Assembly: GCA_949297285.1 (NCBI GenBank)
Contig: CASFRL010000116.1
Location: 4,799-68,798 of the forward strand
DNA from: an uncultured Bacteroidales bacterium
Lineage (GTDB): Bacteria; Bacteroidota; Bacteroidia; Bacteroidales; Coprobacteraceae
Reading direction: 5' to 3'
Length of the DNA stretch: 64,000 nucleotides
The notes under the pieces were generated by a model. That model was not told the DNA's origin and did no database searches. It saw nothing but the letters and a program-made list of their open reading frames with translations. Positions 20,668 through 32,390 of this stretch are shown here, piece after piece. Position 1 is the first letter of the stretch. The number at the start of each line of letters is the position of its first letter. Made by a program: the position numbers and the translations under genes.

Positions 20668-22134
20668 ATGTCAGAAATAAATTATCGAATAGTAGCGCGC
20701 ATAATAGGCATATTATTATGTTTCGAAGCCTTATTTATGTTGCTGCCGTTGAGTATTTCAATATATTACAATGAAAGTGATATAGAAGCTTTCTTATTAA
20801 CGGTCGCTATTACAGCAATTGTCGGAATAAGTTCGGCATGTATTTTTAAAAGGCATAGTAATCAAATGGGGAAAAGAGAAGGATTCTTAATCGTCTCTAC
20901 TACATGGGTTTTCTTTTCGCTGTTTGGTATGTTGCCATTTTTTATTCATGGAAGCATCGATAATGTTACAGATGCTTTTTTTGAAACGATGTCAGGCTGG
21001 ACGACGACCGGTGCTTCTATATTGGACGATATAGAGAGTTTACCTCATGGACTATTATTTTGGCGGAGTTTAATACAATGGCTTGGTGGTATGGGGATTA
21101 TCCTTTTTACATTGGCGGTTTTGCCAATGTTGAATTCCGGAGGGGGAATACAATTGTTCAATGCAGAAGTTCCGGGTATCACGCACGATAAACTTCGACC
21201 AAGAATCAGTGAAACAGCAAAACGGCTTTGGATAGTATATTTAAGTATTACGTTATTGTTGATAATTCTATTGGTTTTGGGACCGATGAATTTTTTTGAT
21301 GCTGTATGTCATGCCATGACAACTACGGCAACAGGAGGATATTCAACAAAACAGAACAGCATAGCATATTGGGATTCGGCATATATCGAATATGTTATCA
21401 TTGTATTTATGTTGATTTCAGGAATAAATTTCTCGTTAGTTTATCATGCAGCCTTAGGTAATTATAAAAAATTATTTCAAGATGAAGAAACCAAATGGTT
21501 TTTGTTTATCGTTTTGTTAGCTACGGCTATAATATCCGCAGGTTTGTTTATTAGCGGACAAATGTATGGGGATGTCGAAAAAACAATTCGTACAGCACTA
21601 TTCCAAGTGTCAACATGCATTACGACTACCGGATTTGCAACGGCCGATTTTTCTAAATGGGGTCCGTTTTTTAATGTTATTATATTTTGTATTATGTTTT
21701 TTGGCGCTTGCGGGGGATCAACAAGTGGAGGTGCCAAAACAATACGTATGGTGATTTTGTTAAAAAATACAGTCAACGAATTTTATCGACATCTTCACCC
21801 CAATGCTATCGTTCCGGTTCGAATCAATAGGCGGGTCATCTCTTATGAGCTTGTATCCAAGATATTAGCATTCCTTTTTGTATATGTATTGGTCATGGCC
21901 ATAAGCGCTCTTATATTATCTGCTCTGGGATTGACATTTGAGGAGGCCTTTGGATGTACGCTTTCTTGTATCAGTAATGTCGGCCCAGGATTTGGCCGTA
22001 TGAGTTCGGATTTTTCTTTTGAAATAATCCCTTCATTCGGTAAATGGGTATTAGCTTTCGATATGTTGATAGGCCGATTGGAACTATTTACCGTCTTGAT
22101 TCTTTTCAGTCCGTATTTCTGGAAAAAATCATGA
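20668..22134 (+). CDS. trkH: Trk potassium uptake channel TrkH
   Basis: FETMSGWTTTGAS, QWLGGMG, TTTGF, GGSTSGG, GRLELF. Confidence 0.95.
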   Translation: MSEINYRIVARIIGILLCFEALFMLLPLSISIYYNESDIEAFLLTVAITAIVGISSACIFKRHSNQMGKREGFLIVSTTWVFFSLFGMLPFFIHGSIDNVTDAFFETMSGWTTTGASILDDIESLPHGLLFWRSLIQWLGGMGIILFTLAVLPMLNSGGGIQLFNAEVPGITHDKLRPRISETAKRLWIVYLSITLLLIILLVLGPMNFFDAVCHAMTTTATGGYSTKQNSIAYWDSAYIEYVIIVFMLISGINFSLVYHAALGNYKKLFQDEETKWFLFIVLLATAIISAGLFISGQMYGDVEKTIRTALFQVSTCITTTGFATADFSKWGPFFNVIIFCIMFFGACGGSTSGGAKTIRMVILLKNTVNEFYRHLHPNAIVPVRINRRVISYELVSKILAFLFVYVLVMAISALILSALGLTFEEAFGCTLSCISNVGPGFGRMSSDFSFEIIPSFGKWVLAFDMLIGRLELFTVLILFSPYFWKKS

Positions 22135-22213
22135 GGATAACGGGACAAAAAAAGAGTATATGATTAAATTTTTGTATTTTTGTCGAGATATAAAAATACA
22201 TTGACAGTAAAGT

Positions 22214-24664
22214 ATGGTTAAGAAAAAAACAGAAAAAATATCCACAGATAAGGAGGATTCTATTTTCAAAAAAATATCAGATTTTTTAAAAAACGAAAAG
22301 ACTCATTTTGTTGTAGGTATACTTTGCGTCATGTTTGGTGTATATCTATTTATTGCTTTTCTTTCATTTTTCTATACCGGAGATGCCGATCAAAGTAAAC
22401 TTGAAAATTTACCGTTAAGCGAATTGAGTAGTGTGAAAAACGAAATTCGTAATTGGACAGGAGCTTTTGGAGCATATTTATCGGATCTTTTTATCAATCA
22501 ATGGATTGGGGTATCTGCTTTCTTCATTTCTTTTTTTGTTGTAAGAGTCGGTCTTAAACTAATGAAAGTCAAAAATTTTTCGATACCCAAATCATTGGTT
22601 TATACTTGTTCTCTTATTATTTTAGGTTCTCTGATTTGCGGTTTTTTCTTTATCGATAGTTATAAAGACTCTTATATTTTTTTAGGAGGATATCATGGCT
22701 ATTATATGACGTTATTATTGCAAGCCAATATCGGGTGGACCGGGACTTTATTGCTTATAGTGACCGGAATCTTGATTTTTTTAGTGGCAATAAGTTCTAA
22801 GACGATACCGTTTTTGCGTAAAATATTCTTATGGAATATTTCTCGAAAGAAAGATCCCGAATCGGTTTCTGCCAAACCTGAAGAGGCAATCGCCAATGCT
22901 AATAATGAAGCAATCGCTGTTACTGATATCGATGATACGGCTAATCGAGAGGATTCTGATTCGATTGATGCAGAAGAATATGTCTGTCGTACAGATTCTC
23001 CTGAAAAAAACTTTTTTGAAATTGTTTCGGATCGGGAAGATATATTGGACACAAATAATGTAATGCAAGACGACGATAAACCGGAAGAACCCGAATTTGT
23101 CATAACAGAAAATGTCCAAGAAGAAGAGGAAACGACAAACAGCGACGAATTGGGAGAATATGACCCTACTTTGGACCTCTCCCATTATAAAGCGCCGACA
23201 TTTGATCTTCTGAATAAATACGAGGGTAGTGACCATCAGATCGATATGGAAGAGCAAAATGCGAATAAAAACCGAATTATCGAAACGCTCGAGAATTATG
23301 GAATACGCATTAGCTCGATCAAAGCGACCGTAGGTCCGACAATTACACTGTATGAAATTGTTCCGGAACCGGGAGTCCGAATTTCAAAGATTCGTAATTT
23401 GGAGGACGATATCGCATTAAGTTTGGCTGCTTTAGGAATTCGAATCATAGCCCCTATTCCGGGAAAAGGAACAATTGGAATCGAAGTTCCGAATAAAGAT
23501 CCGCAGACCGTTTCGATGTATTCGGTTATTGCTTCACGAAAATTTCAAGAATGCAAGTTCGATCTTCCGGTAGCGTTGGGAAAAACGATTACCAACGAGA
23601 TTTTTATGGTCGACTTAGCCAAAATGCCGCATATTCTTGTTGCGGGTGCGACAGGTCAAGGAAAATCTGTGGGTCTGAACGCTATCATTACATCTTTATT
23701 GTATAAAAAACATCCGGCACAATTAAAATTTGTTCTTATCGATCCTAAAAAAGTCGAATTCAATATATATGCCAATATCGAGAGACATTTTCTCGCTAAA
23801 TTGCCGGATGGAGATGATGCCATTATTACGGATGTAACCAAAGTCGTACAGACGCTGAATTCTATAACAAAAGAGATGGACGATCGGTATGATTTGTTGA
23901 AAAAAGCACATACCCGTAATATAAAAGAGTATAATGCCAAGTTTATAGCACGCAGGCTAAATCCGAATAATGGACATCGCTATATGCCTTATATTGTCGT
24001 AATTGTAGATGAGTTCGGCGATTTGATAATGACTGCAGGGAAAGAAGTGGAATTGCCAATTGCCCGCATAGCACAATTGGCCCGAGCAGTCGGCATTCAT
24101 ATGATTATTGCAACACAAAGGCCTTCAACCAATATTATTACCGGAGTGATCAAAGCCAATTTCCCGGCTCGTATAGCATTCAAGGTCTCTTCTATGATCG
24201 ATTCCCGAACGATACTCGACTGTCCGGGAGCAAACCAACTGATCGGGCGTGGAGATCTGCTGTTCTCTCAAGGTAGCGATTTGATACGTGTGCAATGTGC
24301 GTTTGTCGATACACCAGAAGTAGAAAAAGTGTGTGAATATATAAGCACTCAAGAGGCATACCCGACAGCATATTTATTACCCGAATATATTGGTGAGAAC
24401 GGAGATTCCGGATTATCGGATGTCAATTTGAAAGATCGGGATCCGATGTTTGAAGAGGCGGCACGGCTAATTGTTGCAAATCAGCAAGGTTCGACCTCTT
24501 TGATTCAACGAAAATTCTCTATCGGATATAATCGCGCAGGACGTATAATGGATCAGTTGGAAGCGGCAGGGATTGTCGGTCCGTTTGAGGGAAGCAAGGC
24601 CCGACAAGTGTTGGTTATGGACGATTTGCATTTAGAGCAAATACTCGAATCTTTAAAATCGTAG
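22214..24664 (+). CDS. ftsK: DNA translocase FtsK
   Basis: N-terminal TM domain; [19 protein letters not shown], gamma domain [15 protein letters not shown]. Confidence 0.97.
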   Translation: MVKKKTEKISTDKEDSIFKKISDFLKNEKTHFVVGILCVMFGVYLFIAFLSFFYTGDADQSKLENLPLSELSSVKNEIRNWTGAFGAYLSDLFINQWIGVSAFFISFFVVRVGLKLMKVKNFSIPKSLVYTCSLIILGSLICGFFFIDSYKDSYIFLGGYHGYYMTLLLQANIGWTGTLLLIVTGILIFLVAISSKTIPFLRKIFLWNISRKKDPESVSAKPEEAIANANNEAIAVTDIDDTANREDSDSIDAEEYVCRTDSPEKNFFEIVSDREDILDTNNVMQDDDKPEEPEFVITENVQEEEETTNSDELGEYDPTLDLSHYKAPTFDLLNKYEGSDHQIDMEEQNANKNRIIETLENYGIRISSIKATVGPTITLYEIVPEPGVRISKIRNLEDDIALSLAALGIRIIAPIPGKGTIGIEVPNKDPQTVSMYSVIASRKFQECKFDLPVALGKTITNEIFMVDLAKMPHILVAGATGQGKSVGLNAIITSLLYKKHPAQLKFVLIDPKKVEFNIYANIERHFLAKLPDGDDAIITDVTKVVQTLNSITKEMDDRYDLLKKAHTRNIKEYNAKFIARRLNPNNGHRYMPYIVVIVDEFGDLIMTAGKEVELPIARIAQLARAVGIHMIIATQRPSTNIITGVIKANFPARIAFKVSSMIDSRTILDCPGANQLIGRGDLLFSQGSDLIRVQCAFVDTPEVEKVCEYISTQEAYPTAYLLPEYIGENGDSGLSDVNLKDRDPMFEEAARLIVANQQGSTSLIQRKFSIGYNRAGRIMDQLEAAGIVGPFEGSKARQVLVMDDLHLEQILESLKS

Positions 24665-24672
24665 AGTCGCAT

Positions 24673-25299
24673 ATGAAAAAAATACTTTTTCTTTTTATTT
24701 GTTTGTCGATTGCCCCTTTTGTACTTGCACAAAATAGAGCCGGTATCATATTGGACAAGGTTATTGCCCAATACAAAAACTCAAAAGGGGTATTGGTTCG
24801 TTTTACTCTTGATAATCGTGATCAGGATCAAAAAGTAACCGATAAAATAAATGGAGAAATGAAACTTTTGGATAATAAGTTCCAAGTTATCACTCCGGAA
24901 ATAATAACATGGTATGATGGCAAAAACCAATGGTCATATATGAAATCGGTACAAGAGGTAAATCTCAGCAATCCGGATGAGTCGGAATTGCAGAGCATAA
25001 ATCCGTATCAAATACTGACGAACTATAAAAAAACATACAAATATAGTTATAAGGGAAAACAGGCTGGAAATGATATGATAGAATTGATCCCTGTCGGGAA
25101 TAATTCGGATGTGCGGAAAATAGCATTATCGATTCAACCGGAAAAATTATATCCTACCCGAATAACGATATATAATAAGAATAAAACGATAACGACAATC
25201 ACATTGTCTAAGTATCAGACAGGAATGAACTATCAAAATTCCATTTTTGTTTTTGACAAAAAAAAGTATCCTCAAGCCGAAATAATTGACTTGAGATAA
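24673..25299 (+). CDS. LolA-like outer-membrane lipoprotein chaperone
   Basis: Signal peptide; [20 protein letters not shown]-terminus; follows ftsK. Confidence 0.8.
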   Translation: MKKILFLFICLSIAPFVLAQNRAGIILDKVIAQYKNSKGVLVRFTLDNRDQDQKVTDKINGEMKLLDNKFQVITPEIITWYDGKNQWSYMKSVQEVNLSNPDESELQSINPYQILTNYKKTYKYSYKGKQAGNDMIELIPVGNNSDVRKIALSIQPEKLYPTRITIYNKNKTITTITLSKYQTGMNYQNSIFVFDKKKYPQAEIIDLR

Positions 25300-25328
25300 G
25301 CCCTGAATTAAATAAAAGAAATAATTAT

Positions 25329-26276
25329 ATGGAAACAATCGAAAAAGTCCGTTGTCTTATTATTGGTTCCGGACCTGCCGGATATACGGCTGCTATTTAT
25401 GCCGGAAGAGCAAATCTTGCACCTGTACTTTACGAAGGAATACAGCCCGGAGGACAATTAACGACAACAACAGATATAGAAAATTTTCCCGGTTATCCGG
25501 AAGGAATTTCCGGCACAGAGATGATGGAAGACTTGAAAAAACAGGCTTCTCGTTTTGGAACGGATATCCGTTATGGCATTGTTACGGCTGTTGATTTCAG
25601 TAAAGCTCCATATTTGCTGACAATTGATGGAGAAAAACAGATAAAAGCCGATACAATTATTATTGCCACCGGAGCTTCTGCAAAATACTTGGGACTTCCG
25701 GATGAGACAAAATTTGCGGGATTGGGTGTCTCGGCATGTGCTACGTGCGATGGATTCTTCTATCGTAAAAAAGTCGTTGCTGTCGTTGGTGGTGGTGATA
25801 CGGCTTGTGAAGAAGCTGTATATTTAGCTCATTTGGCAAGCAAAGTGTATTTGATTGTCCGAAAAGATTATTTAAGAGCATCTCAAATAATGCAAAAAAG
25901 GGTAATGGATACCCCAAATATCGAAGTCCTTTTCGAAACGCAAACGATTGGGTTGTTTGGTAACGGTAGTTTAGAGGGTGCACACCTGGTAAAAGCCAAA
26001 GGAACAAATCGAGAGGAGTATATGGATATTGCCATAGACGGATTTTTCCTTGCCATAGGCCACAAGCCGAATACCGATATATTTATACCTACTCTTCAAG
26101 TCGATGAAAACGGATATATAAAAACTTTTGGAGGTACGACAGCAACAAATATTCCTGGCGTATTTGCTGCCGGAGATGTAGCCGATCCTCGTTATCGTCA
26201 GGCCATTACTGCTGCAGCATCGGGCTGTAAAGCGGCTATCGATGCCGAAAAATATTTGACCGAAAACGAATTGTAA
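25329..26276 (+). CDS. trxB: Thioredoxin-disulfide reductase
   Basis: GSGPAG, CATCDG, GGGDTA, AAGDV. Confidence 0.97.
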   Translation: METIEKVRCLIIGSGPAGYTAAIYAGRANLAPVLYEGIQPGGQLTTTTDIENFPGYPEGISGTEMMEDLKKQASRFGTDIRYGIVTAVDFSKAPYLLTIDGEKQIKADTIIIATGASAKYLGLPDETKFAGLGVSACATCDGFFYRKKVVAVVGGGDTACEEAVYLAHLASKVYLIVRKDYLRASQIMQKRVMDTPNIEVLFETQTIGLFGNGSLEGAHLVKAKGTNREEYMDIAIDGFFLAIGHKPNTDIFIPTLQVDENGYIKTFGGTTATNIPGVFAAGDVADPRYRQAITAAASGCKAAIDAEKYLTENEL

Positions 26277-26291
26277 TTTTTATCGATACCT

Positions 26292-26340
26292 ATAAGAGAA
26301 AGATTGTATCTACCGATTTATAAATACATCTTTCTCTTAT
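26292..26340 (+). terminator. Hairpin/terminator after trxB
   Basis: 13-bp stem ATAAGAGAAAGAT/ATCTTTCTCTTAT. Confidence 0.65.
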
Positions 26341-26464
26341 GTAAAGGGTGAGAATATCGGCTAACGGTATAATGTGCTATTTTTTTTATTTTTTTCAGAT
26401 TTAAAGAAGTCTTTCTACTTTTTTTATTTACATTTGTGCTATATAACAGTGTTATTCAGCAAAT

Positions 26465-27166
26465 ATGGTCAAAAAAAGCACAATAGAATCAATCATCCGT
26501 GAAGATATGGCTGATATGTGGGCATTGTTAGACCCTGATGAAAAACGTATCATAACCGATAATTTTCATATTCAGACCTTTAAAAAAAATGAGATGATTT
26601 ATTGTGAGGGCGAGAAAGCTACTCAATTAATGTGTCTGATTAAAGGGAAAGTCAAAATATTTAAAGAAGGTGTTGGCGGAAGAAATCAGATAATACGCTT
26701 AATACGTCCTGTACAATATTTTGGATATCGGGCATATTTTGCAGGAGAAAATTATGTTACCGCAGCATCGGCTTTTGAAACTGCAACGATCGGATTTTTG
26801 CCTATGAATATTTTAGAAGCCCAGATCAGGAAAAATAACCAGTTAGCTTATTTTTTCATTAAAGAGTTGGCGATGGATTTAGGTATATCCGATACCAGAA
26901 CTGTAAATCTTACACAAAAGCATATTCGGGGTAGATTGGCTGAATCACTGCTTATGTTAAAAGATAATTATGGTCTTGAAGAAGATGGGGCGACTTTGAG
27001 TATTTATATGGCAAGGGAAGATCTTGCCAATTTATCGAATATGACAACTTCCAATGCAATACGGACATTATCGTGTTTTTCTAATGAAAAGATTATTATT
27101 GTAGATGGCCGAAAAATAAAAATTGTAGATGAAGATAAATTGCGGAAAATAAGTAGATTCGGATAA
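26465..27166 (+). CDS. Crp/Fnr family regulator, probable ortholog of the Bacteroides carbohydrate regulator Cur (BT4338/MalR)
   Basis: cNMP domain, LTQKHIRGRLAESL, HTH REDLANLSNMTTSNAIRTLS; next to ftsK-lolA-trxB. Confidence 0.85.
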   Translation: MVKKSTIESIIREDMADMWALLDPDEKRIITDNFHIQTFKKNEMIYCEGEKATQLMCLIKGKVKIFKEGVGGRNQIIRLIRPVQYFGYRAYFAGENYVTAASAFETATIGFLPMNILEAQIRKNNQLAYFFIKELAMDLGISDTRTVNLTQKHIRGRLAESLLMLKDNYGLEEDGATLSIYMAREDLANLSNMTTSNAIRTLSCFSNEKIIIVDGRKIKIVDEDKLRKISRFG

Positions 27167-27189
27167 GGATTTTGAACACTTGTAATATA

Positions 27190-27220
27190 AAAAAAAGGCA
27201 GCAAACAGCTGCCTTTTTTT
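27190..27220. terminator. Bidirectional terminator
   Basis: AAAAAAAGGCAGC-AAACA-GCTGCCTTTTTTT between convergent genes. Confidence 0.9.
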
Positions 27221-27221
27221 A

Positions 27222-28127
27222 TTATATAATACCTATAATATCTTGTACCGAATTATAACCATGTTGTATTAAATAGTTATCGATACCCTTGATAACTTTG
27301 ACAGAAATCTGAGGATCTATAAAATTGGCTGTTCCGATTTGCACGGCTGTTGCACCGACAAGCAAAAATTCTATGGCATCCGAAGCACTCATAATTCCCC
27401 CTAATCCGATAACTGGGATTTTGACTGCTTTTGCAACCTGCCAGACCATTCGCAATGCAATAGGTTTTACACAAGCTCCGGATAGCCCTCCTGTAATCGT
27501 CGATAAAACAGGTTTACGCCGTTCTATATCGACAGCCATTCCTAAAAGCGTATTGATAAGAGATACACTATCTGCACCTTCTGCTTCTACCGATTGAGCT
27601 ATTTCTGCAATATTGGTTACGTTTGGAGATAGTTTTACGATCAACGTTTTGGGGTAAACTTTGCGCACGGCCTTAACCACGCTTCCTGCACTTTTACAAG
27701 AAGTACCGAATGCCATGCCTCCTTCTTTAACATTAGGACAAGAAATATTCAATTCTATTGCCGGAATTTTTTCTAATGCGGCTATTTTTTCTGCGGTAGC
27801 CACATAATCATCGATTGTAGATCCTGAGACATTGACGATCATATGGGTATCGATGTCTTTAATTTTAGGATATATTTCTTGGATGAAATAATCGACTCCT
27901 TTGTTTTGCAAACCGACAGCATTCAACATTCCGGAGGGTGTTTCTGCCATTCGAGGATAAGGATTTCCTTCTCTATGGTGTAGAGTTGTACCTTTTACGA
28001 TTATAGCTCCTAATTGTGACAGATCGATAAAATCAGCAAATTCCAAACCATAACCGAATGTGCCTGAAGCGGTCATTACCGGATTCTTCAGTGCTAATGA
28101 GCCTATTTTTATATTTAAATCTGCCAT
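27222..28127 (-). CDS. pyrD: Dihydroorotate dehydrogenase (class 1B catalytic subunit)
   Basis: [31 protein letters not shown]. Confidence 0.95.
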   Translation of the reverse strand: MADLNIKIGSLALKNPVMTASGTFGYGLEFADFIDLSQLGAIIVKGTTLHHREGNPYPRMAETPSGMLNAVGLQNKGVDYFIQEIYPKIKDIDTHMIVNVSGSTIDDYVATAEKIAALEKIPAIELNISCPNVKEGGMAFGTSCKSAGSVVKAVRKVYPKTLIVKLSPNVTNIAEIAQSVEAEGADSVSLINTLLGMAVDIERRKPVLSTITGGLSGACVKPIALRMVWQVAKAVKIPVIGLGGIMSASDAIEFLLVGATAVQIGTANFIDPQISVKVIKGIDNYLIQHGYNSVQDIIGII

Positions 28128-28897
28128 AATAATTTATTTGTATTGAAAACCGGACCTTCTTTACATACACATACATGACCGTCTTTGGTATTTTCGACAC
28201 AACATAGACATGCCCCGATGCCGCATGCCATGGTATTTTCTAAAGATACTTCACAATCTATATCATGTGCGTTAGCATATTGGGCAACAGCTACCATCAT
28301 AGGTTTTGGTCCGCAAGTATATATCTTATCGAATTTACTTTTCATCAAAACAGAGTGTTGAGTTACATATCCCTTTTCACCCAAACTTCCGTCTTCTGTT
28401 GTCAGAAAAACTTCACCCAATGTCTTGAATTCATTTAATTGCAAAATATCCGCAGCAGAACGTGCCCCCAGTAAAAAAGACGGATTATATCCTTGTTGTT
28501 TCAATATACTCCCTAAATATAGCATTGGGGCTGTTCCAACACCTCCGCCGATAAGCAACATTCGAGTGGTTTTCTCTTCAGGAATTGTAAATGTGTTTCC
28601 TAACGGTAATACCATATTAACGGTTTCTCCTGGAGTAACGGTCGACAATTTCCGAGTTCCATCTCCAACCAACTGAATTAACAGCCAAAGTTCATTTTTC
28701 GTTTTGTCTATGTAATTTATCGATATCGGGCGTCTTAGAAAAGTCGAGGGAGAGCCATCAACACGAACTTCTGCAAATTGTCCGGGTTCCATTAAAGGAA
28801 GAGGTGACCCATCGATTGTTGTAAATTTAAGTAAAACATAATTTTTATGTAACCTCGAATTTTCGGTTACTTTCAAGTCAAGAATATGCTTTTTCAT
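28115..28897 (-). CDS. pyrK: Dihydroorotate dehydrogenase electron-transfer subunit
   Basis: [38 protein letters not shown]. Confidence 0.95.
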   Translation of the reverse strand: MKKHILDLKVTENSRLHKNYVLLKFTTIDGSPLPLMEPGQFAEVRVDGSPSTFLRRPISINYIDKTKNELWLLIQLVGDGTRKLSTVTPGETVNMVLPLGNTFTIPEEKTTRMLLIGGGVGTAPMLYLGSILKQQGYNPSFLLGARSAADILQLNEFKTLGEVFLTTEDGSLGEKGYVTQHSVLMKSKFDKIYTCGPKPMMVAVAQYANAHDIDCEVSLENTMACGIGACLCCVENTKDGHVCVCKEGPVFNTNKLLWQI

Positions 28898-28960
28898 TGG
28901 ATATCTTGTTTTTCATTCTCTCCACAAAGATATAATAGTTCGATGAGATAGTAAAATTTA

Positions 28961-29440
28961 TTACTTATCGAAAAAATCTGAAGAGAAGGTTTCGAACGTG
29001 TTATCGGAATAAAAGACCATAATTTTAACAACTTTTCTATTATTCTGTTTTTTTTGTGTCGCTATATCCTGGTTCTCATTCTTTTCAGACTCAGTTTTAT
29101 TCGCTAAATCGGAATTTATCTCTTCTATACTTAACTGAGAATCCTTGGCATATTTTGTGTCGTCAGAAGAATTGTCCGATTTCATCCAAATCTCGTCAAA
29201 TAATGATCCCGGAGTTTTTGTTTTTTCTCTTATGTATGGTTCTCCTTCGCCAAACATTAACCAATTTACCGAAATTTGAGGATAGGCATTGTGTATTTTC
29301 AATATAATATCTTTACTTACATCATTCCGTCCGTTCAGACAGTGGGATAATGTCGCACGCTTTATACCTGTCCGATCTGCAAATTCTGCATCCGTTAGTT
29401 TTTCGTGTTCGATAATTTGTTTTATACGATTATTCATCAT
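28961..29440 (-). CDS. XRE-family helix-turn-helix protein with C-terminal KIMVFYSDNTF motif
   Basis: FADRTGIKRATLSHCLNGRN, SVNWLMFGEGE; low-complexity linker; short beta-rich C-terminus. Confidence 0.85.
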   Translation of the reverse strand: MMNNRIKQIIEHEKLTDAEFADRTGIKRATLSHCLNGRNDVSKDIILKIHNAYPQISVNWLMFGEGEPYIREKTKTPGSLFDEIWMKSDNSSDDTKYAKDSQLSIEEINSDLANKTESEKNENQDIATQKKQNNRKVVKIMVFYSDNTFETFSSDFFDK

Positions 29441-29452
29441 TGAATTTTCTCT

Positions 29453-29925
29453 ATTTACAAATATGAAATTGTACGGTTTACAAATATAATTGATATGTTT
29501 TATTTTTGCAAATTACAAATGTTTACCAATGATGTATAATAATATATCACATTGTAAATCGAATAGTAATAAATCTAAATAATATATTTAAGTATTACTT
29601 TAATAAATCAATATATATTATTGAATATAAATTATTTATGATAGTATTATTGTGAGATATGAAAGTCTAAATCGTGATGGCTGTTGTATGAAGATATTTA
29701 TATAAAGTATAGCTTTATATATGATTAGTTTTTATTTTGATTTTCAACTTATTATAAAATGGAATAATTATGTTGTATTCAATGATTTTAATATCATATA
29801 CAAATATAGCTTTTTTGTTATACATGTAAATTAATTTTGTAAATCAGTAATATTGTATTAGATGTATATATGTAAATATATGATTGTATATTTATATTAC
29901 GCCCTATTTGTGTATAAATGTAAAT
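29453..29925. repeat. AT-rich intergenic region with TTACAAAT / TGTAAAT motif clusters
   Basis: TTTACAAATAT at 29454 and 29477, TTACAAAT at 29513; TGTAAAT at 29553, 29825, 29838, 29871, 29919. Confidence 0.6.
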
Positions 29926-29942
29926 TTTTTATTGATAAAAAA

Positions 29943-29976
29943 ACTTTGACTACAAAATGAAATAAGGAGTCAAAGT
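29943..29976 (-). terminator. Terminator after holA
   Basis: ACTTTGACT/AGTCAAAGT stem followed by a T tract on the minus strand. Confidence 0.65.
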
Positions 29977-29998
29977 CTAAAAAAGGAAAATCTAAATT

Positions 29999-31021
29999 TT
30001 AATGTAGAATTTTATATGCAAGCTCTTTCAGTAATGCAGCATCTGTTGTCCCCGAAGCATTTTCTATCCCCTTCGATTTTGCATCGTATTCTCGAATATA
30101 GGATATTATATTTACACATTTATATGCATTGTAGTTTTTCATTGCTGTCAAATAGTCCCTTGCCTGGAAAATATTCCGCAATTTCAATTCTGCCATGATA
30201 TTAGACTCAGATTTATCTTGGATGTAATATACGAGCATTAAATTGGCATAAAAATTAAATAAGACACTAATGGTTAAGATCAGGGGATTTGATCGGGGAT
30301 TCTTTTCGAAATAGTCAATAATTTGGTTGACTTTATATATGTCTTTGACAATAAAAGCATTGAGTAATTCAAAGTTGTTAAAATCTTTACTGATACCAAT
30401 ATGGCTTTCTATCAGTTCGGCTGTTATTCGTTGGGCATTTCCTTGTAAGATAATAGAAAGTTTTTCTAATTCTCGGGTTAATCTGTTTAAATCACTACCT
30501 ATCGCATCGCTAAGCATAGCAACCGCTTTTTGTTCGATAGAAAGGCCTTTCTCGGCAACATAATTGGTTATAAAGTTTGGTAATTGATAATCATATAATT
30601 TTTTTGATTCATATACAATGCCTGCAGAATTGAGTTCGGCCAATAGTTTTTTGTTTTTCAGACTCCCGTTTTTGTAATTGAATACTAAGATCGTACTCAT
30701 TAGAGGCTTTTGCAAATAATATTGCAAGTCTTCTAATCCTTTTAGCATCTGAGCCTCTTTCACTACTACTAATTGTCTGGCAGCCATCATCGGATACCGT
30801 TTTGCTGCATTGATAATTGTAGGTATATCTACGTCGATTCCGTAAACGATAGTTTGGTTGAAATCTCTTTCTGTTTCATCCAAAGCATTATCTATGATCG
30901 AGTCAGTGATGAGATCGATATAATAAGATTCCTCACCCATTAGAAAATAAACAGGTTTGAAATTTTTCTTTTTTATATCGGATATTATTTCCAAATATGT
31001 ATTTGAACCTTTTTTTGCCAT
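29999..31021 (-). CDS. holA: DNA polymerase III subunit delta
   Basis: PVYFLMGEESYYID, DFNQTIVYG, YPMMAARQLVVVKEAQ. Confidence 0.93.
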   Translation of the reverse strand: MAKKGSNTYLEIISDIKKKNFKPVYFLMGEESYYIDLITDSIIDNALDETERDFNQTIVYGIDVDIPTIINAAKRYPMMAARQLVVVKEAQMLKGLEDLQYYLQKPLMSTILVFNYKNGSLKNKKLLAELNSAGIVYESKKLYDYQLPNFITNYVAEKGLSIEQKAVAMLSDAIGSDLNRLTRELEKLSIILQGNAQRITAELIESHIGISKDFNNFELLNAFIVKDIYKVNQIIDYFEKNPRSNPLILTISVLFNFYANLMLVYYIQDKSESNIMAELKLRNIFQARDYLTAMKNYNAYKCVNIISYIREYDAKSKGIENASGTTDAALLKELAYKILH

Positions 31022-31042
31022 AACACTAATTCCAAGATTTCT

Positions 31043-31822
31043 TTATTCTTCTTCGAATCGCAGGTGTTTTACAGTAGTACGTTTGTCTATAATCATTTTT
31101 AAAGACTCTATTCCGATCATTACGTGTTCGTTTACATATTTTTGTGTAACCCTCCTGTCACTTTCTTCTGTCTTGACCCCTGTCGAGATCATCGGCTGGT
31201 CGGTTACCAATAGAAGTGCGCCTGTCGGAATTTGATTGGCAAACCCTACCGTAAATAACGTTGCGGTTTCCATATCAATGGCCATACTTCGTGTTTTTCT
31301 TAAATATTCTTTGAATGTGTCGTCATATTCCCAGACTCTTCTGTTGGTGGTATACACAGTTCCTGTCCAATAATCTTTTCCATGATTTCGTACAGTAGTC
31401 GATACGGCTCGTTGTAAACTGAAAGCGGGTAAGGCCGGTACTTCGGGTGGAAAATAGTCGTTAGAGGCACCTTCACCTCGTATTGCAGCTATGGGAAGAA
31501 TAAAATCTCCCAGTTTGTTTACTTTCTTCAAACCTCCGCATTTTCCAAGGAATAAGACGGCCTTAGGAGCTACGGCACTCAATAAGTCCATGACCGTGGC
31601 TGCATTTGCACTGCCCATTCCAAAATTGATAATTGTAATTCCTTCGGCCGAAGCGTTGGGCATATTTCCGTCTTCTCCTAAGATCGGGACATTGAAATGT
31701 TGTGCAAATATTTCGACATATTTAGAGAAATTGGTCAATAAAATGTGTTTAGAAAAATCTTTTACATTTCGTTTCGTGTAGCGTGGTAACCAATTCTGGA
31801 CAATTTCTTGTTTTGTCTTCAT
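31043..31822 (-). CDS. AMP nucleosidase (PNP/UDP family, Bacteroidota type)
   Basis: NWLPRYT, FGMGSANAA, GKCGGL, IDMETA. Confidence 0.88.
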   Translation of the reverse strand: MKTKQEIVQNWLPRYTKRNVKDFSKHILLTNFSKYVEIFAQHFNVPILGEDGNMPNASAEGITIINFGMGSANAATVMDLLSAVAPKAVLFLGKCGGLKKVNKLGDFILPIAAIRGEGASNDYFPPEVPALPAFSLQRAVSTTVRNHGKDYWTGTVYTTNRRVWEYDDTFKEYLRKTRSMAIDMETATLFTVGFANQIPTGALLLVTDQPMISTGVKTEESDRRVTQKYVNEHVMIGIESLKMIIDKRTTVKHLRFEEE

Positions 31823-31883
31823 TTTTCTGTAATTTTGAAGTAAAAATACTTAATAATAACTTCCGGAGCAAATAATATCTCTT

Positions 31884-32351
31884 ATGATAGCGTTAAATTT
31901 ACCGACTTTTGAATATAAATTAAAGGAAGATAACGGCAAGTATTTTATTTTTGATCCTTTACGAAAAAAATATATTTTGCTTACTCCTGAGGAGTGGGTC
32001 AGACAGCATTTTGTAAATTATCTTATCTCTTGCAAAGGATATCCGAGCGGAAGAATCGGAAATGAAATTTCGCTTTGTTTGAATGGTCGAAAACGGCGAT
32101 GCGATACCGTAATATACTCACAAGAAGGGATGCCGTGCGTGATTGTTGAATATAAAGCGCCCCATATTTCTATTTCACAGGATGTTTTTGATCAAATCGT
32201 GAGATATAATATTGTACTGCAAGTCGAATATTTAATCGTATCAAACGGAAAAAATCACTATTGTTGCCAGATAGATTATAAAAATCAGTCATATGTGTTT
32301 CTTGAAGAGATTCCGGAATATGATTTTCTACAAAAAAACCGGGCAATATAA
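31884..32351 (+). CDS. Stand-alone HsdR N-terminal domain protein
   Basis: FDPLRKK, TPEEWVRQH, D..VEYK nuclease-like motif, SNG. Confidence 0.85.
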   Translation: MIALNLPTFEYKLKEDNGKYFIFDPLRKKYILLTPEEWVRQHFVNYLISCKGYPSGRIGNEISLCLNGRKRRCDTVIYSQEGMPCVIVEYKAPHISISQDVFDQIVRYNIVLQVEYLIVSNGKNHYCCQIDYKNQSYVFLEEIPEYDFLQKNRAI

Positions 32352-32390
32352 TTGTCCGGTTCATATAAATAAGATTTGTTAATTACGTTT

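Noticed and set aside
29763-29782. AATAATTATGTTGTATTCAA resembles the E. coli TerB (Tus) site
   Set aside because: Lacks the conserved G of the lock position and the GTAAC 3' core; no tus gene here; expected by chance in very AT-rich DNA
31884-32351. HsdR-N gene as a type I restriction or defence system
   Set aside because: Only the short N-terminal domain; no helicase, hsdM or hsdS nearby; housekeeping context
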